Positions 32,350 through 51,368 are shown, numbered from the whole stretch's first letter. The stretch: 63,972 bases of DNA, filler included, from Collodictyon triciliatum (GCA_043381765.1; 4 parts of 4 records of this genome joined end to end with filler, not necessarily neighbours in it); one strand, 5' to 3'. Program-made: numbers and translations. Notes: a model not told the origin generated them from the letters alone.

Positions 32350-34972
32350 ATGGCCACTTTGGCCGTTAGCGTTGTTCATGCAGAGCTCCGCAGCTTAATG
32401 ACGGTTCTACGCAAGTATTCCCGATGGGCAAACACAGGATACACAGTATGACACTCGCTATTCGATAGTTATGTCTTTTCAAGTCCAATATTTCTAATTA
32501 AGGGTCACACACTTTTTTTTTAACCTATTTAGTTGTTCTTTCTACCAAAATGCATTTTTATGGGCCCTGTTCATTTTACATATGTAGAGCTCATTATTCT
32601 ATTGAATTGGTTCCGTAATTTTCTTATTTTACCTATTCTTCGAGTTTGCTGGAAACATATCAGCCATAGAATCTCCCATCCTTGTGCACCTAAGGCGACT
32701 CAGTCTTGGACTTGCAACTCACGGTGAGAAAGCAAGACCTTCATCATTTTCATGGTGTTTGGCCATTTCCATCCAACAAAAATATTCTCTTTTCGAAATT
32801 ATCCAGATAAGAGGCGGATTTGAATGATATTCATCGTTTATATATAATCAAATAATATTATCCCGGCTGTATATGACAATATAGTATTTCTTGTAGGCGA
32901 CTTGTCGATGACTGACCCACTGGGCTATTTACAACCATTCCTTGACATAATTTCTTCTGAGGTAATTTTTTTAATGTATTTTCTTCAATAATGATCATCA
33001 AAATTATCGCACTCGCGATTTTTACATGTATGGTGTTCATATTTCTTCGAATTTAACCAACAGATCACTTGCGGACCTATTACTGGTGCGGCACTTTCCT
33101 CTCTCTACACATTTATCACCACAAATTTAATTCGTGAGTATTTAAGACTCTTTTATCATTCTGCTTCCATATATTTCACTCGCGTAGAAATCAACTGATT
33201 CACAATTAAAAAGAAAAAGATACACCGAAATCAGCTTTGGCAATCAACGCAATCGTGGACGTGAGTTTTCATTTATAATTTTAGTATTATCTGATTTCCA
33301 CCTTTTAATCCGCACTCTATTACTTTTTTTTTTCTCACCAGTCGTTTTCTCTGATAGGCCACTACCCACTGCAAGTTCGTAGCCACTGATTCAAAACAAG
33401 ATGAAGTTGTTCTCTTGAAAATAATCGAGGTATATCTCTTAACCAGATGATTTTCTATCAGAGTAAGATGATGGCATAATCCCAGCTCAAAATGGTACTT
33501 CTGTGTGGTATGTTTTCCTATAATTACCAGTGAAATAATTCTGGGTGCTTTTAGGTTTTGGTTGCCTGCGTAAAGTCTGAAGTGGGATTTTTAATTGGTG
33601 ATGAATCAATATGCGAGATTGTACAAAGCTGCTTTAGAGTTTCCCAGCAAAGCAAAATGAGTGGTGCGTTGCAAAGTTACCTATTGATAGGAGTAATATA
33701 TATATTCCGATTTTTTGTATTTCTATTTATTTATATAGAAAGTGTATGGATAAAACTAAACTGATATGTTCATCTTTGCGTAGACGTTTTGAGGTATAGT
33801 GCAGAAAAATGTTTGTGCGAAGTTATTCGGGAGATTTTTTCAAGGTCGTTGTTTCCATCATTCATTCAATTTTTGAGTTTGTTTGGAAGAATGTTTATCA
33901 TAGCTTGTAATATGGTGTAGAAGTGTTGAATAATTTGAATCAATATGCAGAGCAAAAGATATGGAACTACTACCTGGACAGCGGTTATCTTTCCAGTACA
34001 TTTATCCTTATATCAAGAAACTGAGAAATCAATCTGCCCCTAATTTTTTTGAATTGAAAGTTTTTCATTTTCGCTATTTTTATTTTAAGAAATCCTTTGA
34101 ATGCGCACCACATAAAGGTACCGAAAAGCCTTAATAGACCCTGCTACCGCCTCTTTAAATTCGGATGAGTCAAACGGAAGAATGGAGGATGATAGATTGA
34201 TGATGCAGCCTCAAACCGAAATTATTTTAAATTTATCAGCAGACCGAAAGGGAGCCATCCAACATGAAATCATCAAACAAAACGAAATAGTTGTCGACAC
34301 TAATCATCCTGGGATTCAAATGATTCAAGAAACAGAGTATCTCGAACCAAATTCCAGACCTGGACGAAACACAGTTGTCAACTCTCTGGGTGTCACATTT
34401 AAATATGATGAATCAAGTCCAGGTTGGCATTATGTTAATTATATATTATTACCACTTGTACGATTTTCACTGATAATTGAAGAACATATATATAAGGTAA
34501 ATTACCCTTTGTGGAATATAAATAACGTGCACTACAGGATACGCTGCACCCAACAGCTATGGTCTTACGAGTCTATATGATATCCTCCAATTTGTTTCTA
34601 CTCTAATTGGAAAAGTACTTTTTTTTTTTCATATTTTCTATAAAATAATAATAATAATAAAATTTATGATTTTTAAAGAACCAAATATCGTCTAATAATT
34701 CTGAAACGCATGCACTCGTATAACTCGAAGGATTCAGCCAACTGTGTGCCGACACTTCAATTGTTTGGACTGCAACTCCTAAATCTCGCCTTGGAAACGG
34801 GACGCAATAATCTACAGAAATTTCCCTTACTTGTTTCTTTTATTCAAGAAGAAGTTTGCCACCAACTCATGCAGGTCAATCTATTTACGATCTGGTGTCT
34901 TTATTGAAATATTTTATTTTACTATATTACATTCTCGCTAATATATCTTCATATAACTCGTGCACATGTGGC

Positions 34973-35053
<81 letters not shown>

Positions 35054-38000
35054 TAAAAACTAAACCACTATAACTTAAACGAAATGCATAGCTTGGTGCA
35101 ACGAATGATCTTTCTATTTTAGCATTTTGTCTACGTGCTATATTGAATCTCTATTCATTCATGAAGGTTTTTTTCAACTCTTTATTTTCTTTTCTAATCG
35201 TTTTCAAGTCCTAAGAATTATGTGACTTATATACCCATCAAAATTTCATAGGTTTTTTTTTTCTGTCAAGTTCCTAACATCCTTGATTTATTTTAACAAA
35301 ACTAAATATATCTCATAGGAATGCCTAAAGATACAAATCGAAGGATTTTTAAGCGAAGTTTACCTTGATATTCTCCAAAGTAAAGATTCTCCTATCGAGA
35401 AGCAGGAGGTTTGTTTTCATAACAAAGTAATCGAATTTTTATTAAGTTTGAGTGTATTTAAAAAAAATATGGAGATGAGATTGAGTTTCATTCGCTGACC
35501 ATTTGCTTTAACACATTTCACTATCAAATTTGCTTTTATCAGGTCGTATTGGAAAGTCTTTTACAATTTTGTCAAATACCAAATTTCATGCTGGAGCTGT
35601 TTCTCAATTATGATGCCAGAATTCATTCTATTAATTTGTATGAGGAATTATGCGAATTTCTGTATAAGGTGGGTTAGACTTACACATGCTTCAACTCTAC
35701 TACATGAATTTTAATATATTCCTTCTCAGAACTCGATGCCCGTTCGTTCACAACTCCATCCAATACATATACTTTCATTGGAGTGCCTGATAGCAATCGT
35801 GTCATCTACTCATGAAAGATGTAGGTCTTTTTCTGGTAGAGGAAAATTATTTGTGGTAAGTTATTCTGCGTTTGTTATTTTAGACAAAGTAAATTGCTAT
35901 ATATACTCGTGATTCTGGTGCTATGACGGTTTTTTTTTTATTTTCTGGTATTTTTTGTTTCTATTTTGTAATATTAGTTTATTTTAACGAATTTCAAAAA
36001 AAAAAAAAAAAAGGAATCTATAGCTCCTCCAGTAGATGTTAAGGACCTTACCAAACTAAGAGCACGAAAAAGAATATTAAATTCTGGTGCAATACTATTC
36101 AACAAGAACCCTACAAAAGGAATAAAGTATTTACAAGGTAGAGCCTCTCCTTCTGTATAAATTTTATTCTAATGCAACATTTTTGATATCAAAGAAAATT
36201 ACCCTCTAAAATTAAAAGAATTTATAATTCTGCTATAGAAAATGGTGTCTTTTCTTCACCTTTGAACCCTCTCGATGTCGCTAGTTTTCTCAGAAATACT
36301 CCAACCCTTAGCAAAGAAGCAATAGGAACCTTTCTTGGAGAACCAGGGTAATTTTATACTTACATTTAATAAATAATATTAATGTAAATGAAAAAATAAG
36401 TGTGTCGTTTCTTTACATGACAATATATTACCAATAAAAGAGATGAACATATTGCCGTGATGAAGAGTTATGTCGAGACTTTTGATTTCTCGGGAATGTC
36501 ATTTGATGGCAGCTTGCGTATGTTCCTGGAAAGCTTTCGACTTCCTGGAGAAGCTCAAAAGATTGACAGGTAGGGTCAGGGAAATATCACGAGACTTTCG
36601 ATAATATTTCTAGTATGGATTGCTTTTCAACAGCCCATTTATTAACATCCTTAAGAAATAAATAAAAACCATCTAGTTGATATTTATATTTATTTTGTCG
36701 TTATTTTATGATAGAATTATGGATGCTTTCAGCGAGCGCTTTTATGTTCAATGCCCGTCCCCATTTGCCAATGCATCAGCTGCATATGTTTTGGCATTCT
36801 CTGCTATTTTGCTAAACACAGACCACCACAACTCTGTCATAAAGGTTCTAATGAAAAAGGGGACCACTTTTTTACTATCTGAACTCCTTTTATAATAAAC
36901 ATTTATCTTTAATCAACACCCTTTCAAAGTATAACAATTTTATCCATCTGTCGCAAACAGATCAGTTTTGATATTTTACTAACAAAAAAAAAAAATGATC
37001 GTAGAGAAAAATGACTCTGGCAGAATTTATGCGTAACACTTCAGGAATTAATGACGGAAAAGACCTTCCGTCTGAACTACTGATTGAGATTTATAATTCA
37101 ATCACCACAGTAATCCATTTTGAATAGATTACACATAATCCTTTCTTGTTTCTTTTTTTTTTTTTTTTTACCTTCTTATATCCCCACAGATTTTCAAGAG
37201 TCATCTACTTACTGATCTATATCAATGTATGAAAGAATGAAATCAAGCTCCCTGGTCGTGTTCGAGAAGAAGGTGGCACATCGAGATGGGATGAAATGAT
37301 GAACAGAGCGCGTCATGACTCCAGATTTCGCTCAATTGGACCTGAAGTAAATGATTTGTTGGCAATTGTAATTTATTGAAGACAAATTAATCAATTATCT
37401 CTTCCAATGCGTCCATTTATTTCTTCGAAATAGTCAGGTTAATAAATCAATATAGGATTCATCATCGGTTCCCTTCTTTGATAAAGAAATGTTTCTAGTT
37501 ATATCCAAGCCCATTGTCGCAGCATTATCGATTGGTACATATTTTTATATTAAAATTTCATCCTCTGTTTTTTAAAGAAAATTCCTCCTCTCTCATTTTA
37601 CCAGTGAAGAAACCGTGTGTGTTTACTTTTTCATGTTTCTAGTTTACGACGCCGCTGAAGATGCAACCTTACTGAAGGAAGTAACTGAAGGAATCACCAT
37701 GGTAGCTGAAGTAGCTGCTATTTTTGAATGCGTCGATGTTTTTGACAGCATTATCGTATCCACCAATCTCTTTCTCTTTATATATATAATCACAAGGTGA
37801 TGTTGATTTTATTACATGTTCATGATTAGTATGAAAATTGGTGGTCCTTGACATGCTGAATTTGCAAAAGATGACGCTATGTAAACACTCAACTCTTATT
37901 GAGTTGATACCACTTGAAACACAAATATCTGTTTTTGGATCCAGCCTGAAAGCTCGATTGTCAACGCAATCGTTATTTTCTCTCATTCATAAGTTTGGTG

Positions 38001-41000
38001 ATGTTCTCAGAGAAGGATGGAGAACGGTTATTTTTTTTTTTTTGATGATTTTTGACATAGTCATCTTGTTAAAAAAAATTAATTATTTCATATCACAAAC
38101 TAGATTGTCGAATGTCTTCTTCGTTTGCACTTGCTGAATTTACTACCAAAAACGATGGAAAAAGTGGATGATTTTCTTGCCCATGGAACCAAGTACATAG
38201 TGCCAATAGCTTCAAGTTTGTGAAAAAAAAAACTATACTTACCCTAGTCGTATAATAGTAAAAACTTAAAATCGTACATGACCGATTACATTTTATCATA
38301 TCTCTCTTTTGGTTCGTACGTGTAGCACCCATAAAGACACAAAGATACTCATTTCTGACCTCATTTTCTCAGGTATTGTAAAAAAAAATAATTTATCAAA
38401 GCATGGACCAAAATCATTGTAGTTGTACAATAGATTGCATGGATTGATTTTTGTACGTTTAAAAAATATTCTGAATAATGAATTATCACATTTTAGTATT
38501 TATCCCTAAATGTTGATTTGCCCGTGGATAATTACCAAAATATGGAGGCAGAGAAGCTTACTCGCGACTGCATAAATTCTTGCCTTGTGGCTGATATTAT
38601 TCCAAATACAAGGTATTATTCTCAGAACAAATTCCCCAAAACTGCTGAATGTATGCCTTTGAATACATATACCTTATTACTCATATATTTAATTGTAATG
38701 ACGACGACATTTTATATACAAACTCTACATTGTGAACTTCATTCACATCTTGATTTATAATTGTCTTTATTTGCCAGACGCTTATGTATCGAGTCAGTAA
38801 ATCAACTGATTCGGGCCTTAATCACTGCATCTACTCGCGTAAAATTACAAGACCAGCAATCTGCAGTATTTTTCTTGGACATGATGACCAGTATATGTAT
38901 TCTAAACAAGGAGCGAAGTCACTTCCTATGGTAGAATAGTATTTATGGAATGTGTGCTCCTTTGTCTGAATATGGATTATCTGCTGACTGCACTTGATTT
39001 GAAAATAAAAATGGAGTCTTTACTGATTTGATATCTAGGTACCAAATCGGAGAGCACTTTTCAAATATATTTACTTCAGAGCTACAATCCCATTATCTTG
39101 TCGAACGAGCGACAGTTTGTCTTTTGCGCTTAGCGATTCGACTCGTTCAAGTTTGTTCCCAACCATATTCAATTATCAGTATCGAAGAATTGGCATGTCA
39201 TATTTTCCATCCGTCATCCAGCCATGTGTAACTTAAGAACATATGAATATAACTCCTTTCTTATTATTCACATGAATAAAAGTTTATGTCCACTTAAAAC
39301 GCACTTAATATAAAAAAAACTCGTCCAAATTTATCTTTTCACTTCACTCTTGTTGGGATTTGTAGAAAGAGGACATAATTGAAAATATTTTCAAATCGCT
39401 GAGCCTCATAAGGTTTGCATAATTTAACCACTTATTTGAAAGGTTGGTCCTTCATCACACACATAAACCCCTATAAAAACTCCACTATACCAGTTAAATT
39501 ATATGTTTAAAGCGCCCATCTAAATTGCAGCAAGCTGGATCGACAAGTATTGATGTGCCTGTCTATATCTGAACAAATTGCTGCTGGTGTCCTGCAACTG
39601 ATTCAGACTCAATCAAAATTCTTTCGGTTTTTTTATTCTGTCCAATGTTATATCAAAATACTAAAAGAATGAATTAACTGATAACGCCAATGAAAAAATT
39701 GATGTAATGCTACTGTGGTATCTGGTATAGAAATGACAAATCAAGGTTAAATTAATTTCATGCGAATACATCTATATAGAAAACCGGAACACTGGTCTAT
39801 CTTGTTGTCATTAATCGTCAAAGTGGCTGACCACCCTACAGCCTATGCATGCGCATTTGAAGCAATTATGCATATTATGCAAGGTAGGATAGTTTTTAAC
39901 ATTTTCATGTGACATCGACTATATTTATTTAGATTATATGCATCGTAGATACAAATTTTGAGTGTAAAATATCATATCCCGAGGCTGCCAATACTCTGGT
40001 TATGTTTGCCACCCACTCGGTATGATCAACCTCCTTTTTTTCTATTTTCAAAACCACTTAAGCAAATCAAACTTACTGAAAGCCATATGGTATCTTGTCA
40101 TTACCCTTTAGTCGTCAGGTAGTACTCGCACCAAGAAAGCACTAGATGCGTGCATGTCTTTCTATTTAAGGCTCGTTGATAACGCTAGAGAAACAGAAAT
40201 ATCCGGCAAACTTTCTCACCAGATGTTATCGACATCGATGCTCAACACTTCGTTTACAAAATATTTATCTTCGCCCTCTCTTATGAGGCAAATACCTCCA
40301 GAACATTCAAAGTTTTCTACATGTGATTCGGGTTTGTGCGTAAAAAAATACACTTTACAGAGTATAGCATAGTATTATCAGCTTTTAGAAAGGATACTGA
40401 ATCGTTTTCTTTCTTTTTTTCATTCAGAGTGTCTGAATATATGGCTACCCATTCTCAATTTTTTCTCCACTGTGGGTCTCAGAAGGTAAATTACCTACAT
40501 AACATCTGATTAAATAAAGTAAAATGAATTATAGTGATTCGACTCGAGACTATCTTGTATAATCATTCCTGCACTTATGAATTTCAATTTGAATTTGAAG
40601 CTCGAAAATGGATATCCGCCTGTACTCCGTTTCTCTCCTTCAAAGGATTTTACTCTCTTCAAATTCGATGATATATTCGCCGTTCTACGCTCGTTCGGTT
40701 ATTACTGATGTATGCAAAGAAGAGTTTTTTTTTCTTTTTTAATTTTTACTCAATATCTTTGTTCAAAAAAATCTGACTTTTCTATCTCTGTGGCACAATT
40801 TTAGTGCCTATTGCATCTAGTCAACAGTTTGGTAACCCAAGAAGCCAATTTCTCACGGGAACCAACAGATACAACAAAAGGTAATTATCTTGCAATTCAA
40901 AACAAACCTCCTGCAATCCAAGCGAAATAATATATGGGATTACAATTTATTTTTGTTTCATTTTTTCCTTTATTCGATTTTTTTGTTTTATTTTATTTTT

Positions 41001-41974
41001 CCTTTATTCGATTTGTTTTTGTTTTGTTTTGTTGTCATTTTTTGTTTTATTTTATTTTTCCTTTATTCGATTTGTTTTTGTTTTGTTTTGTTTTGTTGTC
41101 ATTTTATTGTTATTTTATTGTTATTTTATTGTTATTTTATTGTTATTTTATTGTTATTTTATTGTTATTTTATTGTTATTTTATTGTTATTTTATTGTTA
41201 TTTTATTGTTATTTTACCTCTGGGGAGATATATGTTGATGATAATATTCGAGAACAATAGGCTCAATTTCCTTCTTTTTTTTTTCTTTTTAAGTGATCTC
41301 TTATCCCAAAATAGAGAGGAACAGTCCGCTAGCGGATGAAGTTTTGCTGCGATCATATGAGCTCCTGACCAAAACTTTTCTTCAGTATCCGATACAAAAT
41401 GAAAGAAAAAAATATGCACAGCTCAAACCCTAATGAATGTAATTTTTCGAAGCGATGCACTCAGGCCATCCTTAATCGATTCGTAGCTTTCTTCCTAAGC
41501 TTCTCGTTGCAGGCAACTTTGAGACGGTCTGGTTCCAGGTCATTAGCGCTTCTGAAACCATATCTGGCGCTCGCTTGTCAGAGTCTTTGGTTTGCAATTC
41601 ACAGATTTATACAATCTTACTATCCTTCACTCTATGAATCCCTTTCATCAACTATCTACTTGTGATTATACGACTCGTTTGTTTATGGAATCGAATCTAG
41701 TTATCTGCATTCTATTGCTTGCAGGCTCGTATGCTAAACATTTCACCATCCCACACACAAACAGATGGAATCAGTTCGCGAGCGCTTGAAAAATGTTATT
41801 TTCGTGCTCTCTGTTCAATGCGTCTTTGTGGACGACTCAGAACGTGTGTGGAACGAGACTTGGAAGCGTGTTGGCGCCATCTACCCACAACTGCACGCCG
41901 AGATGAGCCAAATGCTGGCATCGCCCGAGGCAGAGGCAACCCGATCGTTGCCTGAGGAGGCTGGGGCGGCATAA
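32350..41974 (+). CDS. GBF1: GBF1/GNOM-type large Sec7-domain ARF guanine-nucleotide exchange factor; many exons
   Basis: DCB region: [73 protein letters not shown] box: LFLNYDA. Sec7 domain: [73 protein letters not shown]1-type C-terminus: [14 protein letters not shown]...VWNETWKRV ending at TAA 41974. Confidence 0.92.
41101..41215. repeat. 11-nt minisatellite (ATTTTATTGTT)n in a GBF1 intron
   Basis: Visible 11-nt periodicity. Confidence 0.9.
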
Positions 41975-42201
41975 GGGAATTACTAGTAGTTAAATAAATA
42001 AAGGATCCGACACGCAGCATTTGTCCAAGGTGTCGGCCGCGCTGTGAGGGAGTCAGCGGAGTATATTCGAAGCATTTTGCACGAGTCAACCATCGTCCTT
42101 TTGTTTTAATGCAAGGCGGGGGTAAGGGGAAGAAAGGGAGAAGCCAGCCACGGAGGTTGGCATGCATTTTGTAGGGGCGGGCACAAAAGTTGGCCGGGTA
42201 G

Positions 42202-42726
42202 CTAGGAAAGAGGGGTCTGGCTATCCAGGGATTCGACTGGTGGCAGGAAGGTTTGGTAGAGGAAGACAAAAAAGTTTTGGTTTTTAAGATCTTGGTTGCT
42301 TCTCAAGGCCGGCAGGACGTGGTTGACACCCACATAGAGGAAAACAAGCTGGGGCAGCAGGAAGAAGGCGACCCAGCAGAAAAGCCCGGTGACAGAGTCC
42401 ACGACCCGGCTGAGGGCAGCGTATATTCTGTATGAAATGTAGACGGTGCAGAAGAGGATCAAAAGGTAGCCGATGGTGGCGCGGTGAGCGTACAGATCCT
42501 CTGGGAGATGGCTGTAGTCGTACGACAGCAAGGCCTCCACGCAGCTCTTCAGAAGGTTGGAAACAAACTCCAGGACGTGGGGCGCGGCGCTCAGAATGAG
42601 CTGGAACACATATTGCACGAGAGTCGAGATCGTCTGCCAGAGCGTGCCCAGAATCTTGGCGATGGTACCTGAGTCGCCATCCAGGCTGGCTAGAAGAGAC
42701 TTTACGGTTTCGCCCACGGACTCCAT
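42202..42726 (-). CDS. Intronless 174-aa predicted membrane protein of unknown function
   Basis: Clean GC-rich ORF with an ATG and hydrophobic stretches (IGYLLILFCTVYISYRIYAAL; GLFCWVAFFLLPQLVFLYVGV). It is convergent with GBF1. Confidence 0.65.
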   Translation of the reverse strand: MESVGETVKSLLASLDGDSGTIAKILGTLWQTISTLVQYVFQLILSAAPHVLEFVSNLLKSCVEALLSYDYSHLPEDLYAHRATIGYLLILFCTVYISYRIYAALSRVVDSVTGLFCWVAFFLLPQLVFLYVGVNHVLPALRSNQDLKNQNFFVFLYQTFLPPVESLDSQTPLS

Positions 42727-43649
42727 CTTTGTGTGCTTTGCTGCTTTGTGGGGTTTCTGCTCGTGAGCTCACTTGTTCTATAGGGAGTGAGTACACAGCG
42801 AAAAAATAGTGGCCACTGGTTGTCTTTATGTACCTTGTACATTCTGTAATATTATAATTATATTATTACTTGGTACAGCATATGCCACTATGTCATGCAA
42901 AACTTTCTTAGATTAAAATATGGCGATTATTATATTTCCCATAAATAGAAAACTGGCCTCGTTGTTATTTCCACATTTGAGAAAAGGGAAGTTCGATACC
43001 TGTTTGTGTCACCAAAAAAGGGGCGAGACTAAGACCTGCGCTCGATTGGGGATTTTAGTCTCCTCTCAACTTTCCATGGCCGCTCCTTCTTGTTTGACTA
43101 AGCATTACAGTGCTCTCGACTTGCCCCAGCAATCTAGTTTTCCATAAAGCAGTTGCGACAAAATGGAACGCAACGAGATTATATCGAACGTGAGTGCTCA
43201 AGTAATGAGAATTCATACTATATTTAGAAGTATTACATTCAACAGGGCTAGACAACAATCTTGCAACCACAAGTCAAAATCACATAATGATTAACACATA
43301 TAATAATATTGAAAACCCCGGCATATTTATATACAATCACATGTTGATTACCAGACGACCCCTTCACTGGGTAAGGATGGCATGAATATATGACACGTCC
43401 TGAATCAAGCGGTCGCAGATCTTTTTGCTACAGCCTTTCATTTTCATGGCGCCCTTCGCCGAGGAGCCGTGTGCCTTCTTGCCCCACAAATACTTCAATG
43501 TTCCGTTCTCGCCGAACGCACCATATACCTTGTGACAGTTTATTTGCTTCTAGCTGAAACAGACGGCCTATTTCGGCATAGGAAAGAGGCTAAGGGTAGC
43601 TGGGCACTTGAAAATCGTAAAAATACTGCAAACGCACAGGTCCCTTCCT

Positions 43650-47874
<4,225 letters not shown>

Positions 47875-47945
47875 CGTGCCGGGAAAACGTGAGGAGCAGC
47901 CATGGTGTGTGAGAGTGTGAGTGAGTGAGTGAGTAAGAGAGTGAG

Positions 47946-48062
47946 TGTATGTATGTATGTATGTATGTATGTATGTATGTATGTATGTATGTATGTATGT
48001 ATGTATGTATGTATGTATGTATGTATGTATGTATGTATGTATGTATGTATGTATGTATGTAT
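47946..48062. repeat. (GTAT)n microsatellite at a contig end
   Basis: Pure tetranucleotide run abutting the linker. Confidence 0.95.
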
Positions 48063-48162
48063 NNNNNNNNNNNNNNNNNNNNNNNNNNNNNNNNNNNNNN
48101 NNNNNNTTAATTAATTAANNNNNNNNNNNNNNNNNNNNNNNNNNNNNNNNNNNNNNNNNNNN

Positions 48163-49440
48163 TTCAAGGCACAGCTCTGTGAGAGCAGAATCCCATCACC
48201 ACCACCAAACACGCCCGAGCCGCTACTAGCGCGGTGGAAGGTTCTGTATGAAAACTGTGAAATGTGCGAGTCTACCCAACTACTTGATGGTACAGGCCAA
48301 CTTCGCTGGGATAGAGCAAAAGGCTTCTGTATCATCAAGTCGATAGAAGGAAACAGCTCCTTCATCCTGCAACAAGTCGCATTCCAAAAGGATGGAAGCT
48401 TCGCACCGTCGAAAAATGCAACGATATTTCACTCGTCGAATGCAACCCCAACCACAGCCGTCCTGAATAACAAAGGAAAGTGGCGCTCGCGCAGAACAAT
48501 CTCATACGGCATCCAGTCGCCATTCTTCTTCCGCTTCAAGAACGAACGCTCGTCTAACGGTGCGCAGTCTATGCTGTTCACGATGGCTATGACCTACTCC
48601 AAATTCTTTCGATACAAAATATCGCCGCCTACACCTTACAAAAAGTCAAAACATCAACGATGGGGAGAAACACTGGGCATCACCCACACCCCGCTCACCG
48701 CGAGCTGGAGACAAGCACGAAACCCGCTAGTCATCCCAAATCACCGGCTCTCTAATGCTTAATATCACCAATAGGGAGCTATGGATAGGCACACGCGCGG
48801 CAAAAGCTGGCAAAGTCTCCCAAAAATGCACACTTTGCAGCAACGGTGATGAGTCTACTGAGCACAAGTTTGTGCAATGTCCCTTCACTCAAAACCTGCG
48901 CGAAACAGCCGGTGAGATTCTTCAGCTGACACTCAAGACGGCTGCAGCTGTTGGCCTAATCCAGGCGATATTTGGGCCTCTGCAACAGCTGCGCCCAGAT
49001 GCAAAAACATTCTGGGCAGTGACGCGAGGCCATTTGCTATGGACTATGTGGGTAGCACGCATATACTCACACAAGGCAGAATTCAACAGCCAGCCACCCA
49101 TTCCTGATAATAGACTGAATGACATCATACAAATCTCTTTCCTCAATAGCTTTCTTCGCCACCTGCGCGTTCTCTATTACTCCGACCCCGTGAGAAGAGA
49201 CATGTGGAAAGAGGCTGAGAAGGACATTAAACCTCGCCCTTGTATCCCTCATGCAAGCACAAGACCCAGGCTACAGGCCAACACGCAGGATGCAATTCCT
49301 GATAATTGAATACTTCTTCGCCACCCGGCCACCAAGTAGCATCCTTGCAAACGATGACTAGCGAACCAAAGCCAACATCTTCACCATCCTGCACAAAATT
49401 TAAAGGAATAATAGAAAAGATAAAGCGAAGAGAGGGAATG
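48163..49440 (+). mobile_element. 3' part of a non-LTR retrotransposon (L1/Tx1-like ORF2 C-terminus with zf-RVT zinc finger, plus 3' UTR); frameshifted
   Basis: ORF 48755-49309 contains KCTLCSNGDESTEHKFVQCPFT (CxxC...ExxxH...C) and a LLWTMWVAR helix typical of L1-clade ORF2 C-termini. It is joined to the upstream ORF (48262-48762) by a frameshift near 48755. The 5' part is cut by the contig linker. Confidence 0.85.
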
Positions 49441-49871
49441 AAAAGTATGTCTTGCTATGGTCAAAAGACAAAATGAGACGCCGAACAAAGGGAGTGCTGA
49501 GCAGCGAAGATGAGGGTTTACGACAGACAAAGACGGTAAAGGATAAACTCCAACAAAGAGATGAGTGACCCATATCCAAGCGATCTTCTAGCGGACAGCA
49601 AAAGAACAAGATGCTACTGAATAAATAGTTACTGGACTATTTGCTCTAGCTGTCGAATCAAGGTTGGGATGACTACTTAAAATCATGTGCCGAAAAAAAT
49701 CCCTCTAAATTTATTATCAGTAGTATATTATTTAACCTATTTATCTTTTCTCGTAATCGACGAGAAACACGAGTCAACTTATTATTATACTATAGATCTT
49801 GTAATTAATGATATAGAATGTCAATTATTTTCTTTTATTCTGAGACTCATCCAGAGATATATTGGAGCATT

Positions 49872-51368
49872 CTACTTTATAATCTCTATCATTTTATCAA
49901 CATAATTCATGACTTTGGTTATGTTGTAAAAACTCCTATCTCCTTCAATTCCCATATACGGAAATTGTAGCTTTCTGGCCATCACGGCGTAACAATCAAC
50001 TATTCCAGGTGATTTAGTAGGGTCCATCGGAGAAGTGTCATGTATCTCGATGATACCTGTAGATGTCGAAAAGAGCATATTTACGAACCCTGCTCCGTGT
50101 TGTCCAATAATTATCTTAGCATTTTTGAATAACCTGATTGTGTCCTCCATCGATTCGTGTACGTACTTGATGACATCCCATTTATTGCCATATTTTTCAA
50201 TAATAGCAGATACCATTTCATCTGTATTATTTACAGGCCTCAATTGACGTCGATCAAGAACAATAATAAGATTTTTATCCATATTTGAATTGACTGAGGA
50301 GAAACTGAAGATATTGGCGCGGTGAGGTAACGAGTATTGCGTGAAATTTAATTCCTTCACACCAAAATGATGCCTCATCAGCATCATCTGAGGTAGAATG
50401 GGCTTTATGCATATCGGTAATGTTGGCAGAATTATTTCTTTGAACGATAATAAACACTCATTTTCACGAGTAAATTCTATTATGCGACTCTCAGATATCC
50501 CAAATTTATTTATTGCATACTTAGAAAACACTGTTCGTCTGTCGACCAAAACTTTAACTGATTCATCTTTCCTTATGTTTTCTGGCAATGTGAACCAGTG
50601 TAAGAGAGAATCTACCCATATATGATAGTAATTTACTTGTCCCCACTTGCTCATAGGAAGAATCACTACTCGTTCCTTGCTCATATCTGATTTGCTACTG
50701 GTAGTACACTTGTTTGAGGATACACTAACGTTAGCTTGACTATATCCCATCAGAGACAATTTATCTCGACATGTGCCAGCGAATACACTTTTCGAATCAG
50801 TAACGAAAACTTCATGATACTGGTGCAGCAAAAATTGCGGGTTGTCAGTGAGTGATACCCAGTGTTCCCCTTCATGCATGGATGAAGGAGAGAATTGCTC
50901 AAGTTTTACAAGATGCCCTGATGAATCGCGTTGAAGCAAGCCAGCTGTGGGCCATTTTTTACCTCTCATGTAAGCTTTATATAGTCCTGGGTAGAAAAAT
51001 CCTGCCCTTGGCCTTTCTTCCCAATGTTTACTCAATGTATCCTCCACGAAAAAATAATTACTTTGAAACCAATACATTTCATCATATTCTGCGAGTTTTT
51101 GTAACACGTTGTTGTGGTAATTTGGGCTATTAGCAACGTAATAATCTACGTATTCCTAAATAGTAATTTATTAAGCACAAAAGCTTATGTTGGATTAAGC
51201 TCAGGACTAATCACCAGTGATAGGGACACTATACCGATGGCAAGTGAATAAACAAACCTTAATGCTGTAGTTGTTCACATTACTTCGAAATATGATCTGT
51301 ATGAGTTCACTCGCTTCACATTTTATGTTTAAGAAGAAATAAAAGATAAATATTATCTTGATCACCAT
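49872..51368 (-). CDS. Glycosyltransferase family 61 (DUF563-type) protein with N-terminal signal/anchor; two exons (51368-51258, 51155-49872)
   Basis: NYYHIWVDSLL and IRLFKNAKIIIGQHGAGFVNMLF...IIEI are GT61 motifs. Exon 1 (MVIKIIFIFYFFLNIKC...) splices in phase 0 via GT-AG into the 411-aa ORF. Confidence 0.85.
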
